Shown here one piece after another: positions 31,578 to 41,442 of a DNA stretch of 64,000 bases. Positions within the stretch are counted from its first letter, which is position 1; each line of letters opens with the position of its first letter. Under the pieces are notes generated by a model, which was given only the letters and a program-made list of their open reading frames with translations, searched no databases and had not been told where the DNA came from. The translations under genes and the position numbers were made by a program. This DNA is from Trueperaceae bacterium (GTDB lineage: Bacteria > Deinococcota > Deinococci > Deinococcales > Trueperaceae), in assembly GCA_965214405.1 (NCBI GenBank), contig OZ243956.1, positions 2,976,001 through 3,040,000 on the forward strand, in the 5' to 3' direction.

Positions 31578-32447
31578 GTGGTTACTCAAGCCCCCAAACT
31601 CGCGCCACGTGCTACAGAGGTTCGCAAGCGTTTGCGGCAACTCCGCAAACATCCCGAAGTTATCGTCGGCGCTGTTGTCGTCGTCGCCTGGTTGCTGCTG
31701 GCTTTGCTAGCGCCAATCATAGCGCCGTTCGACCCGCTCGAGCAGCACGTCAAAGACCGCCTGCAAGCGCCCAACGAAACCTATCTCTTGGGTTCGGACG
31801 AACTCGGGCGGGACATTTTCAGCCGGGTTCTTTACGGGGGGCGCATCACCATCCCGGCAGGCTTGGCCGTCGTCCTCATCGACGGGTTTATCGGCTGGCT
31901 CATCGGCGCGGTGGCGGGCTTTTTGGGCGGCGTCTGGGACGAAATCTTGATGCGCCTGACCGAACTTTTTATGGCCTTTCCGACCATCATCTTGGCAATG
32001 GCGGTAACCGCGGCGCTCGGCCCGAGCATCCGCAACGCCGTGTTGGCCCTCGTCATCGTGCGCTGGCCCGACTACGCGAGGCTCACGCGCGGGCTCGTCA
32101 TCGAAGCCAAAACCAACGAGTACGTCGAAGCGGCGCGGGGTCTCGGGGCCAAAGCGCCCTATTTGCTGTTCAAAACGCTGCTGCCGAACAGCGTTGCGCC
32201 AACAATCGTTTACGGCTCGCTCGACATCGGCAACGCCATCCTTATTTTTGCGGGCCTCAGCTTTTTGGGACTCGGACCCGAACCCGCCTCGCCCGAGTGG
32301 GGCCGGATGATCTCGATCGGCATCGACTTTTTCGACCAGTGGTGGATGTGGCTCTTTCCCGGCCTCGCCATCGCCAGCCTCGTCATGGCCTTTAATTTTA
32401 TCGGCGACGGTTTGCGGGATATGCTCGACCCGAGGACGAAAACGTGA
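31578..32447 (+). CDS. Peptide ABC permease (DppC-like)
   Basis: LGSDELGRDIFSRVLYG, YVEAARGLG, FNFIGDGLRD. Confidence 0.92.
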   Translation: MVTQAPKLAPRATEVRKRLRQLRKHPEVIVGAVVVVAWLLLALLAPIIAPFDPLEQHVKDRLQAPNETYLLGSDELGRDIFSRVLYGGRITIPAGLAVVLIDGFIGWLIGAVAGFLGGVWDEILMRLTELFMAFPTIILAMAVTAALGPSIRNAVLALVIVRWPDYARLTRGLVIEAKTNEYVEAARGLGAKAPYLLFKTLLPNSVAPTIVYGSLDIGNAILIFAGLSFLGLGPEPASPEWGRMISIGIDFFDQWWMWLFPGLAIASLVMAFNFIGDGLRDMLDPRTKT

Positions 32448-33451
32448 CCCTGGATTATCTAGACAAGATCATTATTGGCGGCTGGCAACTTGCCAAGGAC
32501 CACAGCGACGAAAGACAAGGCTTGAAGGTGCTCGAAGCCTACTACGCCGCCGGGTTCCGCACCTTCGACTGCGCCGATATTTATACGGGCGTCGAGGCGC
32601 TGATTGGCTCCTTTATTAAAGCGCACGGTTTGACCTCCAACGACATCAAGGTTCACACGAAGTACGTACCCGACATGGCCTTGCTGACCTCATTAACCAA
32701 AGAGCAAACCGAAGCCGTCATCGACCGGTCTCGAGCGCGTTTGGGCCTAGAGACCCTTGACCTGGTGCAGTTTCACTGGTGGCACTACTCGAGTGGCGAT
32801 TATCTGGCGGCGCTGGACAGCCTCCGTGACCTCAAACGCGCGGGCAAGATAAGAGAAATCGGTGCAACGAATTTCGACGCTGCACATGTGCAGGAGATTC
32901 TGGATAGGGGCGTTCCCGTCGCTTCCATCCAAACCCAATACTCGGTGCTCGACCGGAGAGCGACCAAGACGCTCGCACCCTTCGCGCGCGAACATAAAGT
33001 CGCGCTGCTTTGCTATGGCAGCGTGGCGGGCGGCTTGTTGTCGGACCGTTGGCTGAGACAGCCTGCCCCACAAGCGCCCTTTGAAAATCGCTCACTCGCC
33101 AAATACCTGCTCATCGTTGAAGAGATGGGCGGCTGGGGGGCGCTACAACGTGTGCTCGAGGTTTTGAAAAATATCGCTAATGCACAAGGGACGGACGTTG
33201 CGTCGGTTGCGAGCGCGTACTGCTTGAGGCAGCCGGGTGTTCGGGCTTGCATCGTAGGGGCGCGAAATACCAACCATCTCCAAGAGCATGTTCGGCTGCG
33301 TGACGAGCTTCGGCTTTCCGACCGGGATGTTGCTGACATCGAGGCGGTGAGGCGTCAATTTAGGGCCATCCCCGGGAACGTTTATGAACTCGAGCGCGAC
33401 GTCACGGGTAAACACGGGCGCGTCATGAAATACGATTTGGGCGAAAGTTAG
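32444..33451 (+). CDS. Aldo/keto reductase
   Basis: GGWQL, FDCADIY, HTK, LDLVQFHW, IGATNF. Confidence 0.9.
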   Translation: MTLDYLDKIIIGGWQLAKDHSDERQGLKVLEAYYAAGFRTFDCADIYTGVEALIGSFIKAHGLTSNDIKVHTKYVPDMALLTSLTKEQTEAVIDRSRARLGLETLDLVQFHWWHYSSGDYLAALDSLRDLKRAGKIREIGATNFDAAHVQEILDRGVPVASIQTQYSVLDRRATKTLAPFAREHKVALLCYGSVAGGLLSDRWLRQPAPQAPFENRSLAKYLLIVEEMGGWGALQRVLEVLKNIANAQGTDVASVASAYCLRQPGVRACIVGARNTNHLQEHVRLRDELRLSDRDVADIEAVRRQFRAIPGNVYELERDVTGKHGRVMKYDLGES

Positions 33452-33454
33452 ATT

Positions 33455-33808
33455 ATGCCGGGAACGTTCGAGCTTTACAACCTGAAAGTCGAGATTGTCA
33501 AGGTGAAAGAGGGGCTCGAGGCCGTCTGCAATCATCACCTTGGTGACTACTTCGAGGTGTCCGGTGAAAACATCAGTATTCCGGCTGGCAAAACGTTCAG
33601 CATGTACGCGCTGGCCGCGGTCTTGCCCTTGCTCCCTGCCAAACAGCGTGTGACGAGTGAACACGACTGGATGACCTTCGACGACCTCGTGATGTGTCCC
33701 GACCCCAATTGCGAAGCGGTCATGAGGATAACACGGACGGGCGTTCGTGAGTTTAGAACCGGGGAGGTCACAGTCTCCGGTTGGCGACGCTCTGATAAGC
33801 TCGCCTAA
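33455..33808 (+). CDS. TIGR04076-family protein
   Basis: C.H..GDYF, LPAKQR, CPDPNC motifs. Confidence 0.75.
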   Translation: MPGTFELYNLKVEIVKVKEGLEAVCNHHLGDYFEVSGENISIPAGKTFSMYALAAVLPLLPAKQRVTSEHDWMTFDDLVMCPDPNCEAVMRITRTGVREFRTGEVTVSGWRRSDKLA

Positions 33809-34122
33809 GTCAACTGTATGTACGTTTTAGATGGCCGACTTTCCGCCCCCTTTTACAAGTTCTGTCAAACTAAACCTTTTAGAGGAAACACCGTTTCACG
33901 TTGCCGGGTTTGCGAAGCGAGATTGCCGTTTTCCTCTTTGCGGTAGCCCTGCGTAAGTTTACAGGCTGACACCAACGTCTATAGACGTTGGTGTCAGTGA
34001 CGACCCCTGTAGGGGGCGAAGGCCGCAAGTCTTGGAAAATCGACCAAGCACCCTTGGCCTTGACGCGGAGCGGCGGGCAACCCAAGCTGTTGCGACCAGC
34101 GCCCCCTGGTATCTTATCGTCA

Positions 34123-34752
34123 GTGTTGAACGCGCTAAAGGCTCCTTTCAAGGTTATGGGCGCTGCCGTCAAGGATTGGTGGCGCGACTGGGTGAACATG
34201 GCGGCGCTCAATCTCGCTTTCGTGCTCTGCTGGGTCACGGTTGTGCTCGGGCCGCCTGCGACTTTCGCCCTGTACGACGCTGTTCACACCTACGTGTATG
34301 GCCGGAGCTTTGAGCTGCGCGAGACGCCCGCGACGCTGCGGCGCTATTTTTTTAAGAGCTGGCTTTGGATGCTTGCCAACGCCCTCGTCGTCGGGGGGAT
34401 TGGGCTCAACCTGCAATTTTACACGGGAAGCGCGCGTTGGGTGGCTGCGTTGCGCGTGCTTTCTCTCCTTATCGGGGCGGTGTGGCTCGCGGCGCAGTTC
34501 TACGCGCTTCCTTATCTGCTCGAGCAAGACCGCCCCAGCCTGCGCCAGGCCTACCGCAACGCCCTCCTCACCGTTCTGGCGAGCCCGCTGTACACGCTTT
34601 TAATGCTTGGTTTCGTCCTTCTCCTGGTTCTTATAAGCGCGCGGTTTGTGGTGCTCCTCTTTCTGGGCGTCCCGCCTCTGATAGCGGTGCTGGGGGTCCA
34701 CGCAGTGGCCGAAAGACTTAAAAACTACCAAACCCGAGGGGGCGGCGCTTGA
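34123..34752 (+). CDS. DUF624/YesL-like membrane protein
   Basis: TVVLGPPATFALY, several TM segments; GTG 34123 lies 7 nt after TGGTATCTT; start uncertain. Confidence 0.7.
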   Translation: MLNALKAPFKVMGAAVKDWWRDWVNMAALNLAFVLCWVTVVLGPPATFALYDAVHTYVYGRSFELRETPATLRRYFFKSWLWMLANALVVGGIGLNLQFYTGSARWVAALRVLSLLIGAVWLAAQFYALPYLLEQDRPSLRQAYRNALLTVLASPLYTLLMLGFVLLLVLISARFVVLLFLGVPPLIAVLGVHAVAERLKNYQTRGGGA

Positions 34753-34885
34753 ACCGCGCCTTAACAAGCCGCCTCTCGTTAACCCACAAGTTGGTCGACC
34801 CAGACCTTAAAGGTTTTGATCTCAAAGGACGCCGTTTCGTTCAGCCGGTCAACACGTTCGAAGTCAAGCCTAATGGATTTCTGCG

Positions 34886-35971
34886 TCATCCCGCCTGCTC
34901 CAGCGGCGCGGGCGGGGTGAAGCTCGAGCTTAGCTCGACCGGCCTATCCGTTTCCACCGAGGTTTTCACGGCGTTGAGAATGTCGACGATGTGGGCCGCT
35001 TGTGCGCCCGTGGCGCGGTGGGGCTCGTCTTGGAGCATCGCCGCGGCCATCTCCTGCACGCCGCGTCCCCACTGCATCCCCGGCAGCTCGCCGAGCGGAA
35101 CGGGTTCGTAAGGTTCGCCGAACGGTGCAAACTCTAGCGCCGCGTCGGGATCTTGCCAGCTCGAGAGGTGCAGCGAGCCCGCGTCGCCGTGAAACTCGAT
35201 GCCCGTCTGCTTGCCGCGCTGCGTCACGTAGAAGTTGGTCGTGAGCCGCACCAGCACCCCGTCTTCCAAGTCGAGCACTGCGGTCACGAAGTCGGGCGTC
35301 GCTACGGTAAAGGGTGTGCCCGTTTTGCCCACCCGGTTCGGGTGGAGGACGCGGCCTTGCGCGGACACGCGAATCGCGGGGCCGAACATCGCGGTGAGGA
35401 GCGTGATTGGATAGACGCCGACGTCGAACAGCGCGCCGACCTCGTAAAAGGGCGCGGGCGCGGGGTGCCACGCCTCGATGCGGCCCCAGTTCACCTCGGC
35501 GTAGGCGACGCGCACCGTGCCGAGACGACCCTCACGGACGAGCCGCCAGGCCGCCCCCTGCGCCTCGCCCAAAAAGGTAAAGGGCGAGCAGCCGAGCCGC
35601 AAGTTTTTGCGTTCGGCAAGCTCGACAAGCTCTTTGGCCTCTTCATAGCGCATCGCCAGGGGTTTTTCGCTGTAGACGTGTTTTCCGGCTTCCAGACACG
35701 CTTTGGTCACCTCAAAATGCGCGTGGTGGATGCTTAAGTTGACGACAAGGTCGATTGAATCGTCGGCCAGTAAGCTTCTCAGGTCCGGATAAGCCTTTAT
35801 CCCTCGCTTTGCGGCGAGCGCGTCCGCTTTGTCTCGGTCGATGTCCGTAACGCCCACGAGGTCGGTCTGCGGATAAGCCAACAAGTTTTCGGTATAAGGC
35901 CCGGCGATGTTGCCTGCGCCTACGACCGCCACCCGGATGCTGGACATCATCTTAGGCATCGTCTCAGGCAT
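34886..35971 (-). CDS. Gfo/Idh/MocA-family oxidoreductase
   Basis: VVGAGNIA, GKHVYSEKP, GALFDVGVY. Confidence 0.92.
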   Translation of the reverse strand: MPETMPKMMSSIRVAVVGAGNIAGPYTENLLAYPQTDLVGVTDIDRDKADALAAKRGIKAYPDLRSLLADDSIDLVVNLSIHHAHFEVTKACLEAGKHVYSEKPLAMRYEEAKELVELAERKNLRLGCSPFTFLGEAQGAAWRLVREGRLGTVRVAYAEVNWGRIEAWHPAPAPFYEVGALFDVGVYPITLLTAMFGPAIRVSAQGRVLHPNRVGKTGTPFTVATPDFVTAVLDLEDGVLVRLTTNFYVTQRGKQTGIEFHGDAGSLHLSSWQDPDAALEFAPFGEPYEPVPLGELPGMQWGRGVQEMAAAMLQDEPHRATGAQAAHIVDILNAVKTSVETDRPVELSSSFTPPAPLEQAG

Positions 35972-36797
35972 CGTTAGCCAACCCGTGAGCCAACCCGTGA
36001 GTCAACCAAGCCTCGAGCCGCGCTTTGCTCGCGCGAACATCCTCCGTCGGGTCGAAGGTCTCGGGCTCATGCTCGACCGAAAGGGGGCCTGCATACCCCA
36101 CGTCTTTAAGAGCCGCAACGCACGCTTCAAGGGGAACGACGCCCGCCCCGAAGCGGCAGGTTTCGTGTTTTCCCCTTTCCTTTACGTCCTTGAGATGCAC
36201 GTAAAACAGATGGGGGGAGAGCGCCCGAACCGCGTCAGCCGCGTTGTAACCGTGCGTCCCGAACCAGCCCGTGTCGAGCGTGACGCCGACGCGTTCACTC
36301 CCGCCGTGAATCCGCTCTATAAGTTCGGCGGGTGTTTTTTCGGGATGGTTTTCGTAGCCGAAGCGCAGGTCGTAGTGCTCGAGCACCTCCTCCAAAAGCT
36401 CAGGGTCGTCTTCGAGCAGCGCCGTATTGCCCCCGAGAATGGGGGCGTGAAGCGTTTTAGCCAGTTCGCAATTTGCCTCGAGTTCGGCTCGAGTGGTGCC
36501 AAACCCCCCGGCCAGACTCGTTACGGTGAGATGGTGGTGCTCGAGCAGTGCCTTGGCCGTGCGAACCTGCTCGTCACTCGCCCAGACCGGGTTGAGGAGT
36601 TCGGTCCACAGGTCGAACGCGCCGAAGCCGAGCGCGGTCACCTCGCTTAACAAGCTGTCGAAACGCGTCTCAAAGGTTTCCGGGGGTTCAAAAAAAGCTC
36701 GGGTCGTCCTCACCCCTTCACCCCAGCCGTCGGTGAGAGCGTAGTCGGCCTGCCGCGCGACAAAGTTAGCGCCCATGAATGAGAGTTCGTTCATCAT
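35964..36797 (-). CDS. Sugar-phosphate isomerase/epimerase (xylose-isomerase-like TIM barrel)
   Basis: YENH, LDTGW, VHLKD, SVEHE. Confidence 0.87.
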   Translation of the reverse strand: MMNELSFMGANFVARQADYALTDGWGEGVRTTRAFFEPPETFETRFDSLLSEVTALGFGAFDLWTELLNPVWASDEQVRTAKALLEHHHLTVTSLAGGFGTTRAELEANCELAKTLHAPILGGNTALLEDDPELLEEVLEHYDLRFGYENHPEKTPAELIERIHGGSERVGVTLDTGWFGTHGYNAADAVRALSPHLFYVHLKDVKERGKHETCRFGAGVVPLEACVAALKDVGYAGPLSVEHEPETFDPTEDVRASKARLEAWLTHGLAHGLANDA

Positions 36798-36891
36798 ATC
36801 CTTCCCGGCACCCTATCAAACATACCCCGCTCACGCGACACAAATGCCGAGAAAAGCTGATGGGCAAGGAACCCAAGGTGCCGCTCGAGCA

Positions 36892-38736
36892 TCATTCACT
36901 TCTCCCTTTTAGTCGACGCGTCCTTGGCTTGCTCGTTACCGTCACTAACGCTTCGGCAAGCCAGCCTAAACTTTTGTCCCCAAACCTCACCTCAGCCGCG
37001 ACCCGCGCCCGCCGCACGGGTTCCGGGGTGGGCGAAAGCGTGAACCGGAGGCAGCCTTCGCCACGCGCCTCGAGCGTGACCGACGCGAGCTCCGGCTCCA
37101 CCCGCCATCGGGGCGGCGCCATGAGCGTGACGGTGGCAGTTTCGGCACAGGCAAAAGGATTACGCACGGTGACCTCGAGCCTTCCTTTCTCTCCCAGATT
37201 TAGCTCGAGCCTGTAAGGACGAATCCTTACGCCCTCGTCCCCCCCGAAGTCCGCCCGCTCGAGGGGCAGAAGCTCGCGGTGGAGGCGGCTCAAGGTTTCG
37301 CCCCGCTCGTCCAGACGGTCAAAGTAGCCCGGCTCGACCCGGTAAGGCTCCCAGTGACCGGACAAGACGAGGTCGGGCTGCAAGCGCCGGTAAAGCGCGG
37401 CGCTCCTTTTGTAGTCGTCCCGGTGAAAGCCGTTGTTGTAGACGTAGTTCCAGCTTGCCTCGCTCCCGTCGGCATACTGGTCGCCGCAAAAGAGCACGCG
37501 CGCGCCGTCCACATAGAGCGAGACCGCGACGGCGTAGGTTGTGTGGCCCGGTTGTGGGTGGAGGGTGAGGTTGTATTCTTCCCAGCGAATGGGCGTTTCT
37601 AGAGGCAGCACCCGGTCTACCGCTATGGGGTCGTACCAGAGGCAGGGCAGGTTGTAACGGGTGGGGTGCTCGAGGACGTCCGCAAAGGTCTCCGCCGCCC
37701 AAATCCGCGTTTCCTCCTTTTCTCTCAGCAGGTTGAGCCCTGCTACGTGGTCGTCGTGGTAATGCGTCGGCAGCACCACGTCTATGGTCTCAATACTAAA
37801 AGACCGCTTCAACGTCGGCAGCGTGTAGAGCCAGGGCCGCCTCGAGGCCCGGTCCGACCCGGCGGCGAATCCGGTCATAAAGTCGTAGCCGAAGTCGATG
37901 AAGAGGGCTTTGCGGCTTTTTGAAAGGAGCACGTAGCCGTAAGCTTCACTCGTCCGGTTCCAGAGGAGGTGCGGCGTCAGCGCGACATAAGGCTCCTCGC
38001 GCAGTTGAAAAAGCCGTGGGTTTTCTTGACGGTGGTTTAACAATCTCCACAAACGCTCTACTAGCAGGTCGATGGCGACCGCGGGCTTGGCTATCGGCTC
38101 GCCGTGCGAGGGCAACAGGAGGTCGGGCTGGCGTTCTTTGAGGTCGAGGAGTGAAGCCACGCTCGCCGCCACGCCCTCGGCCCCGTTGTACGACCACTGC
38201 GTCGCCGCCAAGGACCAAACCCTGCCGGGCGCGGCGATAAGGTCGCCCGTAAAGGCGACGCAGCGACCGTCTATGTTGGCGAGCAACGTGAGCGAACCCG
38301 TCGTATGCCCCGGCGTCGGCACGACCGTAAAGCCGAGGTTAAAAGCAGGATTGCCGAAGTGGTACGTCGCGTAGTCTTTGAGGGTGCCTGAGATGGGGAC
38401 GGGCTCGAGGGGTGAAAAACGGTCCTGGCGGTTGTTGTAGGAGTTCGAGACTTCACGCGCTTGCCAGTGCGCGTCGACGCTGTGAAAAAGGTCTTGCTCG
38501 GTGTGCGGCACAAAAATGGGAATGTCTCGCTCGACGGCGCGCGCTAACCCTTGCCCCTGGTCGCGGTGATGGTGGGTCATCAGAACAGCCTGGACGCGCT
38601 CGACTCCGAGCGCGGGAAGTTCGTCCAACACCGCCCCGCTTCCGAAATCGATGAGGACAGCCCCCCACCCGCTGAGAATAACGTACACCCGGCAACTATC
38701 TTCAAAAAGGTAGAGGGAGTCCGAAAGGCGCTGCAT
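36892..38736 (-). CDS. Tandem metallo-beta-lactamase-fold protein with beta-rich C-terminal domain
   Basis: Two motif sets: THHHRDQ/PGHT/TGD/PSHG and THYHDDH/PGHT/CGD/SGH. Confidence 0.85.
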   Translation of the reverse strand: MQRLSDSLYLFEDSCRVYVILSGWGAVLIDFGSGAVLDELPALGVERVQAVLMTHHHRDQGQGLARAVERDIPIFVPHTEQDLFHSVDAHWQAREVSNSYNNRQDRFSPLEPVPISGTLKDYATYHFGNPAFNLGFTVVPTPGHTTGSLTLLANIDGRCVAFTGDLIAAPGRVWSLAATQWSYNGAEGVAASVASLLDLKERQPDLLLPSHGEPIAKPAVAIDLLVERLWRLLNHRQENPRLFQLREEPYVALTPHLLWNRTSEAYGYVLLSKSRKALFIDFGYDFMTGFAAGSDRASRRPWLYTLPTLKRSFSIETIDVVLPTHYHDDHVAGLNLLREKEETRIWAAETFADVLEHPTRYNLPCLWYDPIAVDRVLPLETPIRWEEYNLTLHPQPGHTTYAVAVSLYVDGARVLFCGDQYADGSEASWNYVYNNGFHRDDYKRSAALYRRLQPDLVLSGHWEPYRVEPGYFDRLDERGETLSRLHRELLPLERADFGGDEGVRIRPYRLELNLGEKGRLEVTVRNPFACAETATVTLMAPPRWRVEPELASVTLEARGEGCLRFTLSPTPEPVRRARVAAEVRFGDKSLGWLAEALVTVTSKPRTRRLKGRSE

Positions 38737-39156
38737 CTACAGGATTTCTTTGGGCAGGGCTTTTTTGAACACGTAATGGCCGAGGATATACCAGAGGTTG
38801 CCGTCGACGCAGCCCGCGTGCGCCGTGTCCAGCACGACCTCGTCCTCTCCCCCAGGCTCGCATCTACCCGTGAGGCTGCCTCCGTGCGCGACGAGGGCCG
38901 GGTCGGGGAGGTTGGCCACGCCGACGTTGTGGGGAATCTTGCCCAAAGGACTTTGGTAGGCGCGCAAGTGCAGCGAACGTCTGTGAATCTCCCGCCCAGC
39001 CGGACGTCGGGCGACGAGCAGCCCCAAGCTGCAAAGCGTACTGTCGCGCGCCCATACCTGCCGGTACGCCTCATTCGAACCCACCAATCCGAGGTCGCCC
39101 CCGTTGGCGAGGAGAAGCGCTTCGGCGTGGGCTCGAGCCGTGTCTATTAGGTTCAC
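38737..39156 (-). pseudogene. Truncated (alpha/alpha)6 glycoside hydrolase (GH100/amylo-1,6-glucosidase-like)
   Basis: YRQVWARDS, QSPLGKIP, VDGNLWY; only 139 aa. Confidence 0.7.
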
Positions 39157-40115
39157 TTGGGGTCCCCCGACAACGCCTCAGCCAGCGCGACCGCGCCCCA
39201 GAGCGGCGCGTCGTCACCCAAGGCGGCGGGGACGAGGTCGAGCGCGGCCTGGGCTCGAGCTGTCTCGCGCGCCGTCTCGTAGACCTTGCGCCAGTAACGC
39301 GCGCCCGACTTGCTCACCCCGCCGCCCAGCACGACGCGCTGCGGGTTCATAAAGTTGACCGCGTTGCCAAGCCCTAAGCCGAGCGCCCAGGCCGCGCGCT
39401 CCAGCGCCGCCCAGGCGAGTTCGTCGCCCGCCGCCGCCGCTGCGCTCACCTGTTGCGCGGTAAGGTGCTCTGGGGTGTCAGAAGCGTGCTGACGCAGCAG
39501 CCGACCGCGCTCCGGCTCGGCGCTGAGCAGCTCGCGCGCGTACAGAGCGAGACCCGGCCCCGAGGCCAGACACTCCACACAGCCGCGCGCGCCGCAAACA
39601 CATTCGGGGCCGCTCGGATCGGCAACTGTAAAGCCGATTTCGCCCGCCATACCGTCGAAGCCGCGCCACACCTTACCGTCAAGAATCCAGCCGCCGCCGA
39701 CGCCGGTACTGACCGTAACGTAGAGTAGGCTGTGGCAGCCCCTCCCGGCCCCGTAGACGTATTCGCCCAGGGCGGCTGTGTTCGCGTCATTGTCGACGCT
39801 TACAGGCGCGCCGTAGCGGGCCTCGAGCCGCGCTCGCAAAGGAACGTCCTCCCAGCCCGGCACGTGGTCGCTAAAGCGGACGCGTCCCTCGGGCGCGTCC
39901 ACCGGCCCGCCAAAGCTCACGCCGACGGCGGCGGGCCGTTCGCCCGCCAGGAGGTCGTCGGCGAGCGCGCTCATGAGCGCCAGGTCGTCCTCGGCGGTCG
40001 CGCCCGCTTGCGACGGAGCACGTTTCAGCCCGCGCCAGCTCTCAGCCTTGCGCTCTATAACTCCGGCACTCAGCTTCGTGCCGCCGAAGTCGAGCGCCAG
40101 CAAGAGACCGCTCAT
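39153..40115 (-). CDS. ROK-family sugar kinase
   Basis: DFGGTK, DNDAN, STGVGGG, CVCGARGCVE. Confidence 0.92.
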   Translation of the reverse strand: MSGLLLALDFGGTKLSAGVIERKAESWRGLKRAPSQAGATAEDDLALMSALADDLLAGERPAAVGVSFGGPVDAPEGRVRFSDHVPGWEDVPLRARLEARYGAPVSVDNDANTAALGEYVYGAGRGCHSLLYVTVSTGVGGGWILDGKVWRGFDGMAGEIGFTVADPSGPECVCGARGCVECLASGPGLALYARELLSAEPERGRLLRQHASDTPEHLTAQQVSAAAAAGDELAWAALERAAWALGLGLGNAVNFMNPQRVVLGGGVSKSGARYWRKVYETARETARAQAALDLVPAALGDDAPLWGAVALAEALSGDPK

Positions 40116-41110
40116 GCTTTAGGCACCTCGCCACGCATTTCAATATCACGCGTTTCAGTATCGCGCATTTCATCCCCACGTACGTCAGTATTAGGCATTT
40201 CACGGTAGCGCCGGGCTTGGCTTTCGCTCAGCAGGACGCGACTTATTTTTTCCCGGACAACCGCCTCGACGGCGTCCTGCGCGCGTCTCAAGGCGTCGTC
40301 GTCCAGCGCCTCGATCTGCGCGTCGACGAGGCGCTCCTTGCTGCCGAGCGCGCCCAACATGGCGAGTTCCAGATCGGTCGCCAAGTTGACTTTGCTCACC
40401 CCGCCGCCGGGAATGTGGATAGCGCGGTGCATGAGGTCGGAGGGCACACCGGACCCGCCGTGCAACACGAGCGGGACGTTGGTCTGCGCCCGGACGGCTT
40501 TCAAGCGGTCAATGTCAATCGTCACAGGTTGGCCCGCGCTCACGCCGTGAACGGTGCCGACCGACACCGCCAGGGCGTCGATGGCTGATGCTTCAACAAA
40601 TTTGGCTACCTCCGCGGCGTCGGTGTAGAGAAAGCTGCTGCTCGCCTCGGTTTCGGAAAAGCCGTACGCGCCCAACGTGCCGAGTTCGCCCTCGACCGAC
40701 ACGCCGCGCGCGTGCGCGAGGGCGGCGACCGCCCTCGTCACGGCGATGTTTTCATCCAGGGGAGAGTCCGAGGCGTCGATCATCACCGAGGTGAAGCCCG
40801 CGGAGAGCGCCCTCTCGATGACCGAGCGGTCTTCGGTGTGGTCGAGGTGCAACGTCACGGGCACGGTGACCGCGAGTTCGTTAAGAGAACGGTAAAACGC
40901 CTCGGCGAAAGGCTCGACCGCCACGCCGCAGCGCGTCATATCCTTTTGAGAAATCTGTACGATGGCGGGCGAGGCGAGGGCCTGGGCTGCCCGCAAGATG
41001 GGCGGAATCATGCGCGGGTAGCGCGGCGAAAAGGAGCCGACCGCGTAGCCGTGACGTCGGGTGGGGGCCAAAAGCTCCTCTAAGGTCAGGACGTTGGCGG
41101 GTCGGTTCAT
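40112..41110 (-). CDS. Class II fructose/tagatose-bisphosphate aldolase
   Basis: HLDH, SVMIDAS, VEGELG, GTVHG, LVLHGGSG, KVN. Confidence 0.9.
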   Translation of the reverse strand: MNRPANVLTLEELLAPTRRHGYAVGSFSPRYPRMIPPILRAAQALASPAIVQISQKDMTRCGVAVEPFAEAFYRSLNELAVTVPVTLHLDHTEDRSVIERALSAGFTSVMIDASDSPLDENIAVTRAVAALAHARGVSVEGELGTLGAYGFSETEASSSFLYTDAAEVAKFVEASAIDALAVSVGTVHGVSAGQPVTIDIDRLKAVRAQTNVPLVLHGGSGVPSDLMHRAIHIPGGGVSKVNLATDLELAMLGALGSKERLVDAQIEALDDDALRRAQDAVEAVVREKISRVLLSESQARRYREMPNTDVRGDEMRDTETRDIEMRGEVPKA

Positions 41111-41205
41111 AGGGGCGTGGATAGGGACGTGGTGTGAATGGTGGTTAGGTTGGACACCAGTATCTCCTCAGGTTCGGCAAATAAAAAGGACTTGGCAAGT
41201 ATAAA

Positions 41206-41374
41206 TTAGGTTGCCAGAGACAGCACTTGATGCGCGCGTTTGAGCCGCGCCTGCAATTCGGTAACGCTCACGCGCTGCACGCTTATGTCTTGCTTTACCG
41301 CCAACGCCGCCGCCCCCGCGCTGTGGCCGAGGAGCATATATTGCGGCTCCATCCGAATGGAGGCGCTGGCCCAC
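41206..41374 (-). pseudogene. C-terminal remnant of an FAD-dependent oxidoreductase
   Basis: SIRMEPQYMLLGHSAG...VQRV...LQARL...QVL with a small frameshift; rest of gene absent. Confidence 0.6.
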
Positions 41375-41442
41375 CTCCTTCTAAGTCCCCGTCGACCTCC
41401 AACCACTCCCGCCCGGACGTTGATAAGGTCTCATCAAGCCCG

